A stretch of 64,000 nucleotides of DNA, from the NCBI GenBank assembly GCA_029945625.1, contig JAQSCW010000023.1, forward strand, positions 83,885 to 147,884, read 5' to 3'. The stretch is from a bacterium (GTDB lineage Bacteria; Bacteroidota; Bacteroidia; B-17B0; Aurantibacillaceae). The notes below the pieces were generated by a model. The model had not been told where the DNA came from, ran no database searches, and was given only the letters and a program-made list of their open reading frames with translations. Positions 37,760-47,710 of this stretch are shown here, piece by piece (position 1 is the first letter of the stretch; each line of letters starts with the position of its first letter). Made by a program: the position numbers and the translations under genes.

Positions 37760-39193
37760 ATGCTCAAAACCTTCGGTAAAAAAAAACTTGTTAAAGATAT
37801 TTCTGCAAGTACCCTGCAGACGGCGATCACGCAGGCATTTAGCTTATTGATCTTCTATTTCACCTCACGGTATCTGGCCAAAGACGATTTTGGAGAATTT
37901 AACTGGTCCATGGCGGTTGGTTCTACCTTTATTGCTATGGCCTCACTGGGGCTTGATGTGGTGTACGTAAAAAGGATCGCTTCGGGACAAGACGCGGTAG
38001 TAATGAGTGGCATCCATTTTTTTCATACTGTTATGGCAGGACTTGTGTTAACTGCCATGGTGTTTGGGGTCCAACTGATTTTTCCCTCATTCGCCTTTGC
38101 ACATCCCTTGTTTCTTATGGTTTTTATCAATTTATCTTTGATCAACATTGCCAATTCGTTTCGACTGGCCTTAATAGGTATGGAGGTGTACAAATACCTT
38201 GCTATCCTTGCCTTCATTACCAATGTAATTAAATTTGCCTTGATCTTATTTCTATACCTGCAATCGTATTTCACCATTTACAATGTGATCTACACGTTTA
38301 TTCTGATTTCGGTTCTTGAATTGATTCTGGGTTATTTTTTTGTAAGCAAAAGTCTATCAGTTCGGGTGAAGCCGATCTTAAAAATACAGGAGTACAAGTA
38401 TTTTATTTTGGAGTCCCTACCGCAGTTGGGCGTGGTGTTTTTTGATTCGGCATTGGCCCGTATCGATTGGATTCTTCTGGGGATCATCAGCACTGCCACG
38501 GTAACTGCCGACTACAGTTTCACCTACCGCATGTACGAAAGTTCAAAATTACCCCTACTCATTATTGCTCCCATCCTTCTTACACGTTTTTCAAAGCTGT
38601 TCAGCGATCCCGAGCGAATTGATGATAAAAACAGGAACGATATCCGCTATTTTTTTAAATTTGAATTGTTTGTGGTAATGTTAATACCTATTACTCTTGC
38701 CTGCGCTTGGACTCCCTTAATGGATTTTTTCACCAACAATAAGTACGGAAAAGTGAATGAGCTAAACTATTTGGTTTTAGCCGCATGTGTGCCACTGCAC
38801 TGTATTAGTAATTTTTTGTGGAGCATGGGTTTTGCACAGGGACAACTGAAGGCCATCATGTATATCACACTTTCTGTAGCGGTAGTTAATCTGGGATTGA
38901 ATTTTTTCCTAATCCCGGATTATAAAGGAATGGGGGCGGCGATTTCTTTTTTAATTTCAACAGTGCTTCAAACAACTTTGTATATTAAATTGATGAATCA
39001 AAAACACATTCAGTTGGATCTTGGAACCTGCCTTCTGGCTTTTGTAAATGCGATCACCGCTGTCTGCGTTGGCAAACTACTCAGTGATCAGGCGGTGATT
39101 TCTGCTTTTATTGCCCTTGCTTTGTTTTCGGGATTGGCTGTGATCACAAAACAAATTGAACTTAAACAAATAAGAAACATCATTAAGCAATAG
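37760..39193 (+). CDS. wzx: Wzx-type MOP-family polysaccharide flippase
   Basis: 477 aa with about 12-14 hydrophobic helices and the usual position at the head of the glycan operon. Confidence 0.7.
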   Translation: MLKTFGKKKLVKDISASTLQTAITQAFSLLIFYFTSRYLAKDDFGEFNWSMAVGSTFIAMASLGLDVVYVKRIASGQDAVVMSGIHFFHTVMAGLVLTAMVFGVQLIFPSFAFAHPLFLMVFINLSLINIANSFRLALIGMEVYKYLAILAFITNVIKFALILFLYLQSYFTIYNVIYTFILISVLELILGYFFVSKSLSVRVKPILKIQEYKYFILESLPQLGVVFFDSALARIDWILLGIISTATVTADYSFTYRMYESSKLPLLIIAPILLTRFSKLFSDPERIDDKNRNDIRYFFKFELFVVMLIPITLACAWTPLMDFFTNNKYGKVNELNYLVLAACVPLHCISNFLWSMGFAQGQLKAIMYITLSVAVVNLGLNFFLIPDYKGMGAAISFLISTVLQTTLYIKLMNQKHIQLDLGTCLLAFVNAITAVCVGKLLSDQAVISAFIALALFSGLAVITKQIELKQIRNIIKQ

Positions 39194-39204
39194 TTTGTGA
39201 AATT

Positions 39205-40062
39205 ATGCCTGAGTCCTTAAGCATCATCATAAAAACATTTGAACGCCCGGCTTCTCTTAGAAATCTCCTACAATCTATACGGGATCAAAAGTTGACGTAT
39301 CCCATTCTCATTGCCGATGACAGCAAAGTGAGCAGTGGGGCCATTATCAAAAAGGAGTTTTCCGATCTTTCCATCACGTATATCGACCTGCCATTTGATA
39401 CAGGATTATCGGAAGGAAGGAATGTACTGGTGAATCGGGTAAGCACAGATTTTTTTTTACTGTGCGATGACGACTATGTGTTTGAAGAACGTACCGATCT
39501 GAAACGGGCTTACTATGAGATTTGCACCAATACATTAGACCTACTTGGCGGTGAGTATTACAACTATGTTAATATTCCAAACTTAAAAGTATTTGTGAGG
39601 CAGTTGACACATCCTTTGCGCTTAAAACGATTTTTTCTAAATCAATATAAACGGAGTGCCTATATTGGTAATTTTACTATTAAGGGTAAGGACTGTGAGT
39701 TGACTGTGAGTTATGATCCACCGTCGGAAAATATCTCAACTTGTGATCTGGTGAATAATTTTTTTATTGCCCGTGTTTCTGCCGTAAAAGATATGGGTGG
39801 ATGGGATAAAGAGCTGAAAATGGGAGAACACGAGGACTTCTTTTTAAGAGCAAAACAACACGGTTTAAAGGTGGCGTTTCTTGCTAATTTTGGAACGGGA
39901 CATTATCCTGCCATACCGATAAAAAATTCGGCCTATAACCAATACAGAGTGAGGGCGGCTCACTTTAAACAACTGTTTGTGAAGAAATACGATTTTAATA
40001 ACTATATTGAAAAGGAAAAAAATTCGGGAAAGATCTTATTTGTGCACTCCAAAACTCATTAA
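39205..40062 (+). CDS. Glycosyltransferase (GT2-like)
   Basis: 285 aa. LSIIIKTFERP N-terminus and LCDDDYVF DXD-type motif. Confidence 0.6.
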   Translation: MPESLSIIIKTFERPASLRNLLQSIRDQKLTYPILIADDSKVSSGAIIKKEFSDLSITYIDLPFDTGLSEGRNVLVNRVSTDFFLLCDDDYVFEERTDLKRAYYEICTNTLDLLGGEYYNYVNIPNLKVFVRQLTHPLRLKRFFLNQYKRSAYIGNFTIKGKDCELTVSYDPPSENISTCDLVNNFFIARVSAVKDMGGWDKELKMGEHEDFFLRAKQHGLKVAFLANFGTGHYPAIPIKNSAYNQYRVRAAHFKQLFVKKYDFNNYIEKEKNSGKILFVHSKTH

Positions 40063-40074
40063 AGGCAGATCACC

Positions 40075-41553
40075 ATGGCAGCAATATCCAAACTATACAA
40101 ACAACTGGCAGATCGGGTAGACATCCCCTTTCTTTTATTTCTCATCACTATTTCTTCCAATAAAGTAGTGCTGAAAGTGGCAGCATTGGTTCTCATTTTT
40201 GCGCTGAGGCCTAAGTTTGAAATAGCTATACTCAAGAAACTTCCCTTATTTTACCCGCTTATCATTGGTTTAGCAACCCTTCAGTTTTTGTTAGTTGGTG
40301 GAGATTTTAGCAGCATTCATTTTTTGGTTTTTGGAGTGGGCTGCCTCTATTGGACGATTTGTTACGCATACATGTATCAAGCTCGGGTGTTTGTGGAAGA
40401 AAATACTCATGAAAAGATTGACCGAACGCTTCTTGTGTATATTCTTCTTAACGCCGTAGCTTGTCTCTATAACTATTTCGATATTTGTGTGAAGGCCGAA
40501 ACGCTATTCCCTTTTCTTCAGTTTCCCGGTAATTATGGGGCTTCCACAGGTGACTATATCTGCGGACTTTTTGGTGTGCCTTCCTATATGAATGCGATTG
40601 TGAATTCTTTATTCGCCCTCTATTTTTTACACCGGAAAAAAATGTGGCTTTTTCTCATTACTACTTTTGTGATGCTCTTATCGTTTGCCAATATTATTAA
40701 TCTCGTTTTTGTGTTTGTATTGCTTGTGTATGCTTTGTTTGCGGGAGATAATCGCAAACGAGCGTTTATTGGACTTAACCTCCTTTTGTGTTTTGCTATG
40801 TATTTCTATGTGAGTCCCGACAACTATAACTATATCAAAAAAACAATTGGACTAAGTGTACATGAAGAAAGGGAGATCATGCCTGAGGTGGTGATGGTTA
40901 AGCCCGGAGCCGTTGACACGGTGGAGGGACCACTAGCGGTAAAATATGTAAACGACAGTAGCGCGGCAAAACAAAAAATCAGGATGATTGATCGAAATTT
41001 GCTCTTTCATCGCGATTACAGTACCTACAACACCTACGCGCCGGTGGATATTACAAAAAGTCCGGGTAAGAAAATAGCTATCCTGCAAACAATCAATTTT
41101 CTACGAAATAACAAGGACGCTCTTTTTGTGGGGGCCGGCATAGGCAATTTTTCATCGCGACTGGCGTATCAATTTTCGGGCCGGGATAGTAGCCGTTTAT
41201 TTATGAAGCTGCCAAAATATGCCCACGGGTATTATTTTCAGAACAATCTTCTCATTTACGATTCGATGCGGCAATTGCCTACCGAATACCATTCAATCAA
41301 ACATTTTCCGAATAACTTTTTCAGCCAGTTGCTTGGCGAATATGGTCTGCTCGGCGCGATTCTCTTTTTTGTTTTTTACGTGGCCTATTTCTATAAAAGA
41401 GCACCACATAAAACATTCTTTTTTATGCTTGCACTTTGTGTAGCTTCTTATTTGATGCTTGACTATCTGTTTGAGTTTTTTAACGTGATGATGATTTTCG
41501 AATTATTTCTATTTATTGATGCGAAAGCAGACGAAAAATCCATGGTAAGCTGA
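40075..41553 (+). CDS. Wzy/O-antigen-ligase-like polytopic membrane protein with a large loop
   Basis: 492 aa with many TM helices, an extracytoplasmic loop of about 150 aa, and GAGIGNF...HFPNNFFSQLLGEYGLLG resembling the Wzy_C signature. Confidence 0.55.
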   Translation: MAAISKLYKQLADRVDIPFLLFLITISSNKVVLKVAALVLIFALRPKFEIAILKKLPLFYPLIIGLATLQFLLVGGDFSSIHFLVFGVGCLYWTICYAYMYQARVFVEENTHEKIDRTLLVYILLNAVACLYNYFDICVKAETLFPFLQFPGNYGASTGDYICGLFGVPSYMNAIVNSLFALYFLHRKKMWLFLITTFVMLLSFANIINLVFVFVLLVYALFAGDNRKRAFIGLNLLLCFAMYFYVSPDNYNYIKKTIGLSVHEEREIMPEVVMVKPGAVDTVEGPLAVKYVNDSSAAKQKIRMIDRNLLFHRDYSTYNTYAPVDITKSPGKKIAILQTINFLRNNKDALFVGAGIGNFSSRLAYQFSGRDSSRLFMKLPKYAHGYYFQNNLLIYDSMRQLPTEYHSIKHFPNNFFSQLLGEYGLLGAILFFVFYVAYFYKRAPHKTFFFMLALCVASYLMLDYLFEFFNVMMIFELFLFIDAKADEKSMVS

Positions 41554-41558
41554 ACAAG

Positions 41559-42365
41559 ATGAGTCCCACAATTTCAATCATTATTCCATGTTTTAATTAT
41601 GGGAAATTTCTGCCCGATGCGGTAGAAAGCGTCCTAGCTCAGACCTACGAATCCTGGGAATGCCTTATCATTGATGATGGGTCTAAAGACGATACAGCCG
41701 CGGTGGCAAAAGAGTTGGAAGCAAAGGATCCGCGAATAAAATATGTGTTTAAAGAGAACGGGGGTTTGTCTTCCGCGAGGAACTATGGAATAAAACTAGC
41801 AAAAGGAAACTACATCTGTTTTTTAGATGCCGACGATGAGCTCGATAAAAACAAACTCAACACTCAGTTGGTGTGTTTCGACCGGCATCCCGGAGCTGAT
41901 ATTGTATATGGACGCGCCATGTTTTTCGAAAAGAACGATCGTTCAGTACTTTACCATAATAAATCAAAAACAAATAACACGATTCAAAGTACATTTAGCG
42001 GGCAAGGAAAAGAACTCCTAAACGAATTGTTGAAAGATAACATCACGGTGGTGAGTGCACCGCTTATACGCGCAAATGTGTTTAGCAGGGCAGGCAATTT
42101 TGATGAAAGTTACCGGGCGTATGAAGATTGGCATTATTGGATTAAGTGTGCATTGGCGAATGTGAGTTTTCAGTTTTGCGATCTTCCTCCTGTATGTACG
42201 TATATTAGGTTCGGACATGAAAGTATGATGTCGAACACCAAGAAAATGACTCGTTCGGCGCTTCAGCTCAGGAAATTTCTGATGCCGCATTTGCCCTTGG
42301 GTTCAAAAATGTATAATTCAGTAAGGATGTTGCGTTCTTACATAAAATTACTTCTGCATTCATGA
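41559..42365 (+). CDS. Glycosyltransferase family 2
   Basis: ISIIIPCFNYGKFL, IIDDGSKDDT, FLDADD. Confidence 0.85.
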   Translation: MSPTISIIIPCFNYGKFLPDAVESVLAQTYESWECLIIDDGSKDDTAAVAKELEAKDPRIKYVFKENGGLSSARNYGIKLAKGNYICFLDADDELDKNKLNTQLVCFDRHPGADIVYGRAMFFEKNDRSVLYHNKSKTNNTIQSTFSGQGKELLNELLKDNITVVSAPLIRANVFSRAGNFDESYRAYEDWHYWIKCALANVSFQFCDLPPVCTYIRFGHESMMSNTKKMTRSALQLRKFLMPHLPLGSKMYNSVRMLRSYIKLLLHS

Positions 42366-43297
42366 GCTGCGCCGTGTTGATTTTGAACTGGAATGGAGGA
42401 AAGGACACGGTTGATTGTTTACGATCGCTTTTGCCTTCATTGGAAGCCAACGATTATGTATTTATAATTGACAATGGTTCAGTCGATGAGTCGGTAACTA
42501 TTATTAAACAATTTTTAGAGAGTGAGGCAGGAGGTTGCGGAATCACAAAAAGTGAGGATCTGCTTACTGTTTTTAATGTGAAGCAGAAATTTTACCTCTG
42601 TCAAAATAAAACAAACCTGGGTTTTGGCGGGGGAAATAATACGGTGCTTAAGCAATTGCTGAAACTAGCTGCGAATTTCGAAATGGCTTGGTTGTTGAAT
42701 AACGATGCGTTCGCCGATAATCAAAGTCTGCCGAGTTTAAAAAAGGCCTTACAGGGGGATCAAAAAATTGCAGTGGCAGGTTCCCTTATTCTCAATTTCC
42801 CTGCAACTGATACCGTGCAATGCACGGGGGTAAAACATTATAAGTGGATAGGCGTATCCAAGCTCATCAACAAGAATTTGCCACTTGATACTGTTGATCT
42901 CAGAGCACCTATTGCCTTCGACTATTTGAATGGGGCAAGTTTGATGCTACGACTGGAAGCTTTGGAACTATGCGGTTATTTTGACGAGTCTTTCTTTTTA
43001 TATTCGGAAGAGCTCGATCTTCAATTACGAATGCAGGAAAAGGGTTATTTATTGTACCTCGATCTTGAAAGCAAGGTGCGGCATAAACTAAGTGGGGGCA
43101 CCAGTTCTAACAGATCTTTATTTTACTATTATTATAATGCGTCCGCTATTCTTTTGAACCGAAAACACTATTCCCGGTTGGTAGTGCTTATTTCGGTGAT
43201 CGGTCTTATGGCGATAACGGTGCTTAGGGCATTCCCTTCTTTTAAAAATATCAAAGGAGGATTTGCAGGAATTTATAAGGGATTAACAAAAGAATGA
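42362..43297 (+). CDS. Glycosyltransferase family 2 (rhamnosyltransferase-like subgroup)
   Basis: CAVLILNWNGGKDTVDCLRSL, IIDNGSVDES, and a LYSEELDL-type motif. ATGA overlap with the upstream gene. Confidence 0.75.
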   Translation: MSCAVLILNWNGGKDTVDCLRSLLPSLEANDYVFIIDNGSVDESVTIIKQFLESEAGGCGITKSEDLLTVFNVKQKFYLCQNKTNLGFGGGNNTVLKQLLKLAANFEMAWLLNNDAFADNQSLPSLKKALQGDQKIAVAGSLILNFPATDTVQCTGVKHYKWIGVSKLINKNLPLDTVDLRAPIAFDYLNGASLMLRLEALELCGYFDESFFLYSEELDLQLRMQEKGYLLYLDLESKVRHKLSGGTSSNRSLFYYYYNASAILLNRKHYSRLVVLISVIGLMAITVLRAFPSFKNIKGGFAGIYKGLTKE

Positions 43298-44079
43298 GTG
43301 CTACTACTAACATATTTGGATTTGATTTCAGGTGCGGGGGTTCCTACGAAAGCATCGCCAATGAGGTAATTCGCGATGTTTCCGAAAATACGATGGGGCC
43401 CACTAATTTTATTACACCCAATGCCCATGGTATTAATGAGTACCTCAAATTTTCTGAGTTGGACCGATTTTGCAAAACATCCAGATATGTATTACCCGAT
43501 GGACAACCAATTGTGTGGCTGAGTAAACTCACAGAGAATCCCATTCAACAACGGTTGACAGGAAGTGATTTTTTCCCGGTGATGTTCAATAAAATTAGGG
43601 GTTCCGAGTACAAGTGTCTGTTTTTGGTAAGCAATGCTTCGGTGCGTGATCTCTTGATGAAGGAAAAACCGGATGCCGTTTATATTATTCCCGAATTTTT
43701 CCAAATGAAGGAGGCAGAAAAAATTGACCGCATCGGGGAGGAGATGTGTCAAAAGATCGTGCAACATAAACTCAACTATATATTTATTGGCATTTCGGAA
43801 CCAAAACAAGGGGCCTTGGCTAAAAGTGCCACTGAAAAGCTGCTGAAACAAAATTATAAAGAAGCCTGTGTTTTTTTCTTTTTGGGAGCATCGTATGAAT
43901 TCTATTTTGGGCTAAAAAAAAGAGCTCCTGTGATAGTTCAAAAATTAGGGTTGGAGTGGTTTTACAGGTTAATTACCGAGCCAAAAAGAATGTATAAAAG
44001 GTATATATTCGGGAACTTTATTTTTGTAGTAAGAGCAATTAGGTGGATCTTCGACCGCAAGGCGTATTCTAATCCTTAA
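43294..44079 (+). CDS. WecB/TagA/CpsF family glycosyltransferase (GT26)
   Basis: ITPNAHGINE, LPDGQPIVW, GISEPKQ, GLEWFYRLITEPKRMYKRY. Confidence 0.8.
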   Translation: MSATTNIFGFDFRCGGSYESIANEVIRDVSENTMGPTNFITPNAHGINEYLKFSELDRFCKTSRYVLPDGQPIVWLSKLTENPIQQRLTGSDFFPVMFNKIRGSEYKCLFLVSNASVRDLLMKEKPDAVYIIPEFFQMKEAEKIDRIGEEMCQKIVQHKLNYIFIGISEPKQGALAKSATEKLLKQNYKEACVFFFLGASYEFYFGLKKRAPVIVQKLGLEWFYRLITEPKRMYKRYIFGNFIFVVRAIRWIFDRKAYSNP

Positions 44080-44093
44080 TACTTGAAATTAAA

Positions 44094-45389
44094 TTGAAAA
44101 CTAACGGTAATACCATAGATAGTTTAATTAAGATTCCTCTCCTTGAGAAGATTCAGTTGCTGCTGTTTTGTCTATTTGTATGCACCTTAACATTAGATAC
44201 AAGGGCGAATAGTGCTTTTTTGATTTGTTTATTAGTTTCTCTCCTTTTCAGTTTTCGAACTTCAAACATAAAACAATTCCGCGTGCCGCTTCTCTTTTTC
44301 GGTGCGGGATTTATTTTTTCGTGCCTTGGGTTATTTTGGTCTGACTATCGTCATGAAGGCCGGATGGTGATTGAGCGACAATTGGCCTTGTTATTTTTGC
44401 CTCTCATGCTATTTGGCGCCTTTAACTACCAACGCATCAAGTTCAAATCAATTCTGGTACTGTTCTACCTTTCTATAGCGGTTATCAGCATGTATCTTCT
44501 CAAGTGTTTTGCTATTAACTTTTTGAACTCACATGTTGCATTAAAAGATTTTACGGTGAAAGAAAACCTGTATCACGCCTTTGCACGCCCCATTGGTATG
44601 CATGCCACCTATCTTTCGCTGTATGTGGCCCTGGCTATTTTTGTAGGTCTCTACTGGCTGCTCGAAAATTTGAAATGGTGGTTAAAGTCTGCCATTTTTT
44701 TAAGCAACCTTATTTTGGTAATTACCCTTACGCTTCTTTCGTCGCGCGTGGTTATATTTTCTTTGGTATTTATTGTGTTTTTTGTGTATCCTTTTTTTAT
44801 TGGCAAACTAAGAAACAAACCTGTATTGCTGGTTGGTGGAATAGCTATATTACTTACTTTCTTTTTTATTATTCGCGAAAGTAGTTTTATCACATCCCGT
44901 TTTATCGACAAAATGGATGACGAAGTAAAAATGACCTCTTTTTTGACGCGCGACTCTACCTATAATCCGATTTATGGGGGTGAAACTCGTGCCGACCGCT
45001 GGTACTGCGCTCTTGAGCTCATACGCGAGAAAACAGGAATAGGGTATGGCACCGGCTCTGAAAAAGCCATGCTGATGACAAAGTATAAAAGATATGATCT
45101 GCAAAATGCAGTTATAAATGGGTATGATTCACACAATCAGTATTTGGCGTATGGTATCAAAGGAGGCGTTTTTGCCCTAACTTTTTTTATAATGTCGGTG
45201 CTCTTTGGTTTGTATATTTCAATAAAACAAAAAAATTTCCTCTACCTCGCCTTTATTTTACTTTTTGCTAGTGCTTGTATTACGGAAAATGTGCTTGAAA
45301 GTAATAAGGGAATCTTCTTTTACGCATTTTTTAATACCCTCTTGTGTTTCTCTTGCCTCAAAAACCTTACTCCTTCAAAGGAGGAATAG
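44094..45389 (+). CDS. O-antigen ligase / Wzy_C family membrane protein
   Basis: 431 aa polytopic protein with a GIGYGTGSE...GYDSHNQYLAYGIKGG signature. Apparent TTG start. Confidence 0.6.
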   Translation: MKTNGNTIDSLIKIPLLEKIQLLLFCLFVCTLTLDTRANSAFLICLLVSLLFSFRTSNIKQFRVPLLFFGAGFIFSCLGLFWSDYRHEGRMVIERQLALLFLPLMLFGAFNYQRIKFKSILVLFYLSIAVISMYLLKCFAINFLNSHVALKDFTVKENLYHAFARPIGMHATYLSLYVALAIFVGLYWLLENLKWWLKSAIFLSNLILVITLTLLSSRVVIFSLVFIVFFVYPFFIGKLRNKPVLLVGGIAILLTFFFIIRESSFITSRFIDKMDDEVKMTSFLTRDSTYNPIYGGETRADRWYCALELIREKTGIGYGTGSEKAMLMTKYKRYDLQNAVINGYDSHNQYLAYGIKGGVFALTFFIMSVLFGLYISIKQKNFLYLAFILLFASACITENVLESNKGIFFYAFFNTLLCFSCLKNLTPSKEE

Positions 45390-45415
45390 TTTCATGTTTT
45401 AACAGAGAGTAGATA

Positions 45416-46513
45416 ATGGTTCCACCTGTGAAACGAATTTTATTTGTTGTTCATCTTCCGCCACCCATTCACGGTGTTTCGGTAATGAATGAGATCATTC
45501 GGTCGAGTAAGTCGGTTAACGGTGCCTTCAACTGCCATTACATTAATCTTTCAACTGCCGCTGGGATAGACGATCTTCAAAAAGTAAACTTAAGAAAGTA
45601 TTTTTTAGGGATCAGAGTTTTTTTAAAGGTTTTCCTAAAAATAGTGACCAAAAAATTCGACTCTGTTTTTATCTCACTGTTTCCTTTTGGACCTTCATTT
45701 TACAAAGATTCAGCTATTGTCCTCCTTGCGAAACTAATGGGCATCCAACCCATTCTTCATTTGCATACGCAGGGATTTCGAAACGCTTATCAAACTTCCG
45801 GGCTAAAAAGCGCATTTTACAAAACGGTATTCAGGGGGGCGGAGGTCATTGTGCCTGCGGCCTCTATGAGTGAGGATATTTCCGGCATTTATAGTGGACG
45901 GATTCACATTTTACCAAATGGGATTCCGCAAGTTAATTTTGTGAATCAATATGCAATGCGGCCACAAACCTTCCGAATTCTCTATCTTTCGCATCTTATC
46001 CGTGGCAAAGGAATTCTCATTGCTTTGGAGGCTGCGCGAATCCTCAAAGAAGAGGGACTCTTATTTAAGTTTCACATAGCGGGTGCCGAGGGAGATATTT
46101 CTTATTCTCAACTCGAAAGAGTAATTGTAGAATACGGTCTTCAGAATGAAATCGAAGTAAGAGGAGCAAAATATGGTAAGGAAAAGCAAGAAGAATTTGA
46201 ACAAGCCGATGTGTTTATTTTACCAAGTAACTACGATACTTTTGGATTGGTGTTGCTGGAGGCCATGCAGTATGGAGTGCCTTGCATTTCTTCAAATACA
46301 GGAGCCATTCCCGAACTGTTGGGAAATGGAAGAGGACTTGTTCTGCCAGATCTCAGTCCGGGGGAACTTGCCAAGGCCATCAATTTCCTTGCCAATCATC
46401 CTGAGGAAAGATTAAGAATGAGTCGGGCCGCGTTCGCACACTATGAAGAATTTTATACCACCACACATTTTGAGAAAGGTCTTCTGGCTATTTTGTCGGG
46501 ACAAAGGAATTAG
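45416..46513 (+). CDS. Glycosyltransferase family 4 (GT-B)
   Basis: C-terminal FGLVLLEAMQYGVPCISSNTGAIPELL motif. Confidence 0.8.
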   Translation: MVPPVKRILFVVHLPPPIHGVSVMNEIIRSSKSVNGAFNCHYINLSTAAGIDDLQKVNLRKYFLGIRVFLKVFLKIVTKKFDSVFISLFPFGPSFYKDSAIVLLAKLMGIQPILHLHTQGFRNAYQTSGLKSAFYKTVFRGAEVIVPAASMSEDISGIYSGRIHILPNGIPQVNFVNQYAMRPQTFRILYLSHLIRGKGILIALEAARILKEEGLLFKFHIAGAEGDISYSQLERVIVEYGLQNEIEVRGAKYGKEKQEEFEQADVFILPSNYDTFGLVLLEAMQYGVPCISSNTGAIPELLGNGRGLVLPDLSPGELAKAINFLANHPEERLRMSRAAFAHYEEFYTTTHFEKGLLAILSGQRN

Positions 46514-46533
46514 TTAATATTTTCAGAATAAAA

Positions 46534-47655
46534 ATGAAATTTGCAATACTAGGCACAAGAGGAATTCCGAATAACTACGGAGGTTTTGAGCAACTGGCGC
46601 AATACCTATCGGTGGGATTGGTAGAGAAGGGTCATGAGGTCTATGTTTACAATTCACACAACCACCCGTATCAGGAAAAGAACTACAAAGGCGTAAACAT
46701 CATTCATTGTTTTGATCCTGAGAAACAAATTGGCACAGCAGGTCAATTCGTGTATGATCTCAATTGCATGTTGGATGCCCGAAAGCGAAGCTTCGACGCC
46801 ATATTAAATCTTGGCTATACAAGCAGTTCGGTGTGGATGCGCTGGTTTCCATCCCGGTCACTACTTATTACCAATATGGACGGATTTGAGTGGAAGCGCA
46901 GCAAATTTAATAAGCAGGTAAGGCGTTTTTTAAAATTTGCTGAAAAATTAGCGGTAAGTTATAGCGATGTCTTGGTGGCGGATTCCCGTTTTATTCAAAA
47001 GTACTTTGAAGAGAAGTATGAAAAAAGCCCTGTCTACATCGCTTACGGGGCCGACTTATTGGAAGCCCCTGACCAAACCGTTCTTCTGGAGTATGGTTTG
47101 AAGGCATACGATTACAACATACTGGTAGCGCGTATGGAACCCGAAAATAATATCGACATGTTGCTGGAAGGCATCCGGCGATCATACACAAAGAAGCCCA
47201 TTCTCATTATTGGGCAAACTAACAATGGGTATTCAAAGTACCTGATTAAAAAATTTGCTGCTGATCCGCGTTTTATTTTTATGGGGCCGATGTATGACGC
47301 AAAAAAGATCAATAACTTGAGATATTATTCGTATGCCTATTTTCACGGCCATTCGGTAGGGGGAACTAACCCTTCTTTGTTGGAAGCTATGGGATGCCGC
47401 TGTTTTATCATAGCACATAATAACGAATTTAACCGCATGGTATTGGGCGAAAATGCGTATTATTTTAAAGAGGCGGTCGACATTGAAGGCATTTTGCAGA
47501 AGGCCGACCGAAACTCCCCACAAACACAGCAGTGGATCGCAACAAATTTCCTGAAAATTAAAAAAGACTATTCTTGGCCCTTTATCATTGCTGAGTACGA
47601 AACGCTCATGACCAAAGGAATTTTGCCCCGGTCGAAGAGCCTATTGAGGAGATGA
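46534..47655 (+). CDS. DUF1972-type GT4 glycosyltransferase (RgpA/WchF-like rhamnosyltransferase group)
   Basis: The N-terminus MKFAILGTRGIPNNYGGFEQ is typical of DUF1972. C-terminal GGTNPSLLEAMG. Confidence 0.75.
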   Translation: MKFAILGTRGIPNNYGGFEQLAQYLSVGLVEKGHEVYVYNSHNHPYQEKNYKGVNIIHCFDPEKQIGTAGQFVYDLNCMLDARKRSFDAILNLGYTSSSVWMRWFPSRSLLITNMDGFEWKRSKFNKQVRRFLKFAEKLAVSYSDVLVADSRFIQKYFEEKYEKSPVYIAYGADLLEAPDQTVLLEYGLKAYDYNILVARMEPENNIDMLLEGIRRSYTKKPILIIGQTNNGYSKYLIKKFAADPRFIFMGPMYDAKKINNLRYYSYAYFHGHSVGGTNPSLLEAMGCRCFIIAHNNEFNRMVLGENAYYFKEAVDIEGILQKADRNSPQTQQWIATNFLKIKKDYSWPFIIAEYETLMTKGILPRSKSLLRR

Positions 47656-47690
47656 GCCCTCAATTTTACCCTGAAAACCTCAAATAATCG

Positions 47691-47698
47691 TATATTTG
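47691..47698 (+). promoter_or_regulatory. Candidate internal -7 promoter box (TAnnTTTG) in front of wzm
   Basis: TATATTTG lies 13 nt upstream of the ATG at 47711, in the 40-nt gap after the DUF1972 GT gene. Confidence 0.35.
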
Positions 47699-47710
47699 CT
47701 TGCTACAGAA

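Noticed and set aside
37659-37850. 63-aa ORF upstream of and overlapping wzx
   Set aside because: It is in a different frame overlapping the wzx start, has a basic low-complexity sequence and starts at TTG. No support.
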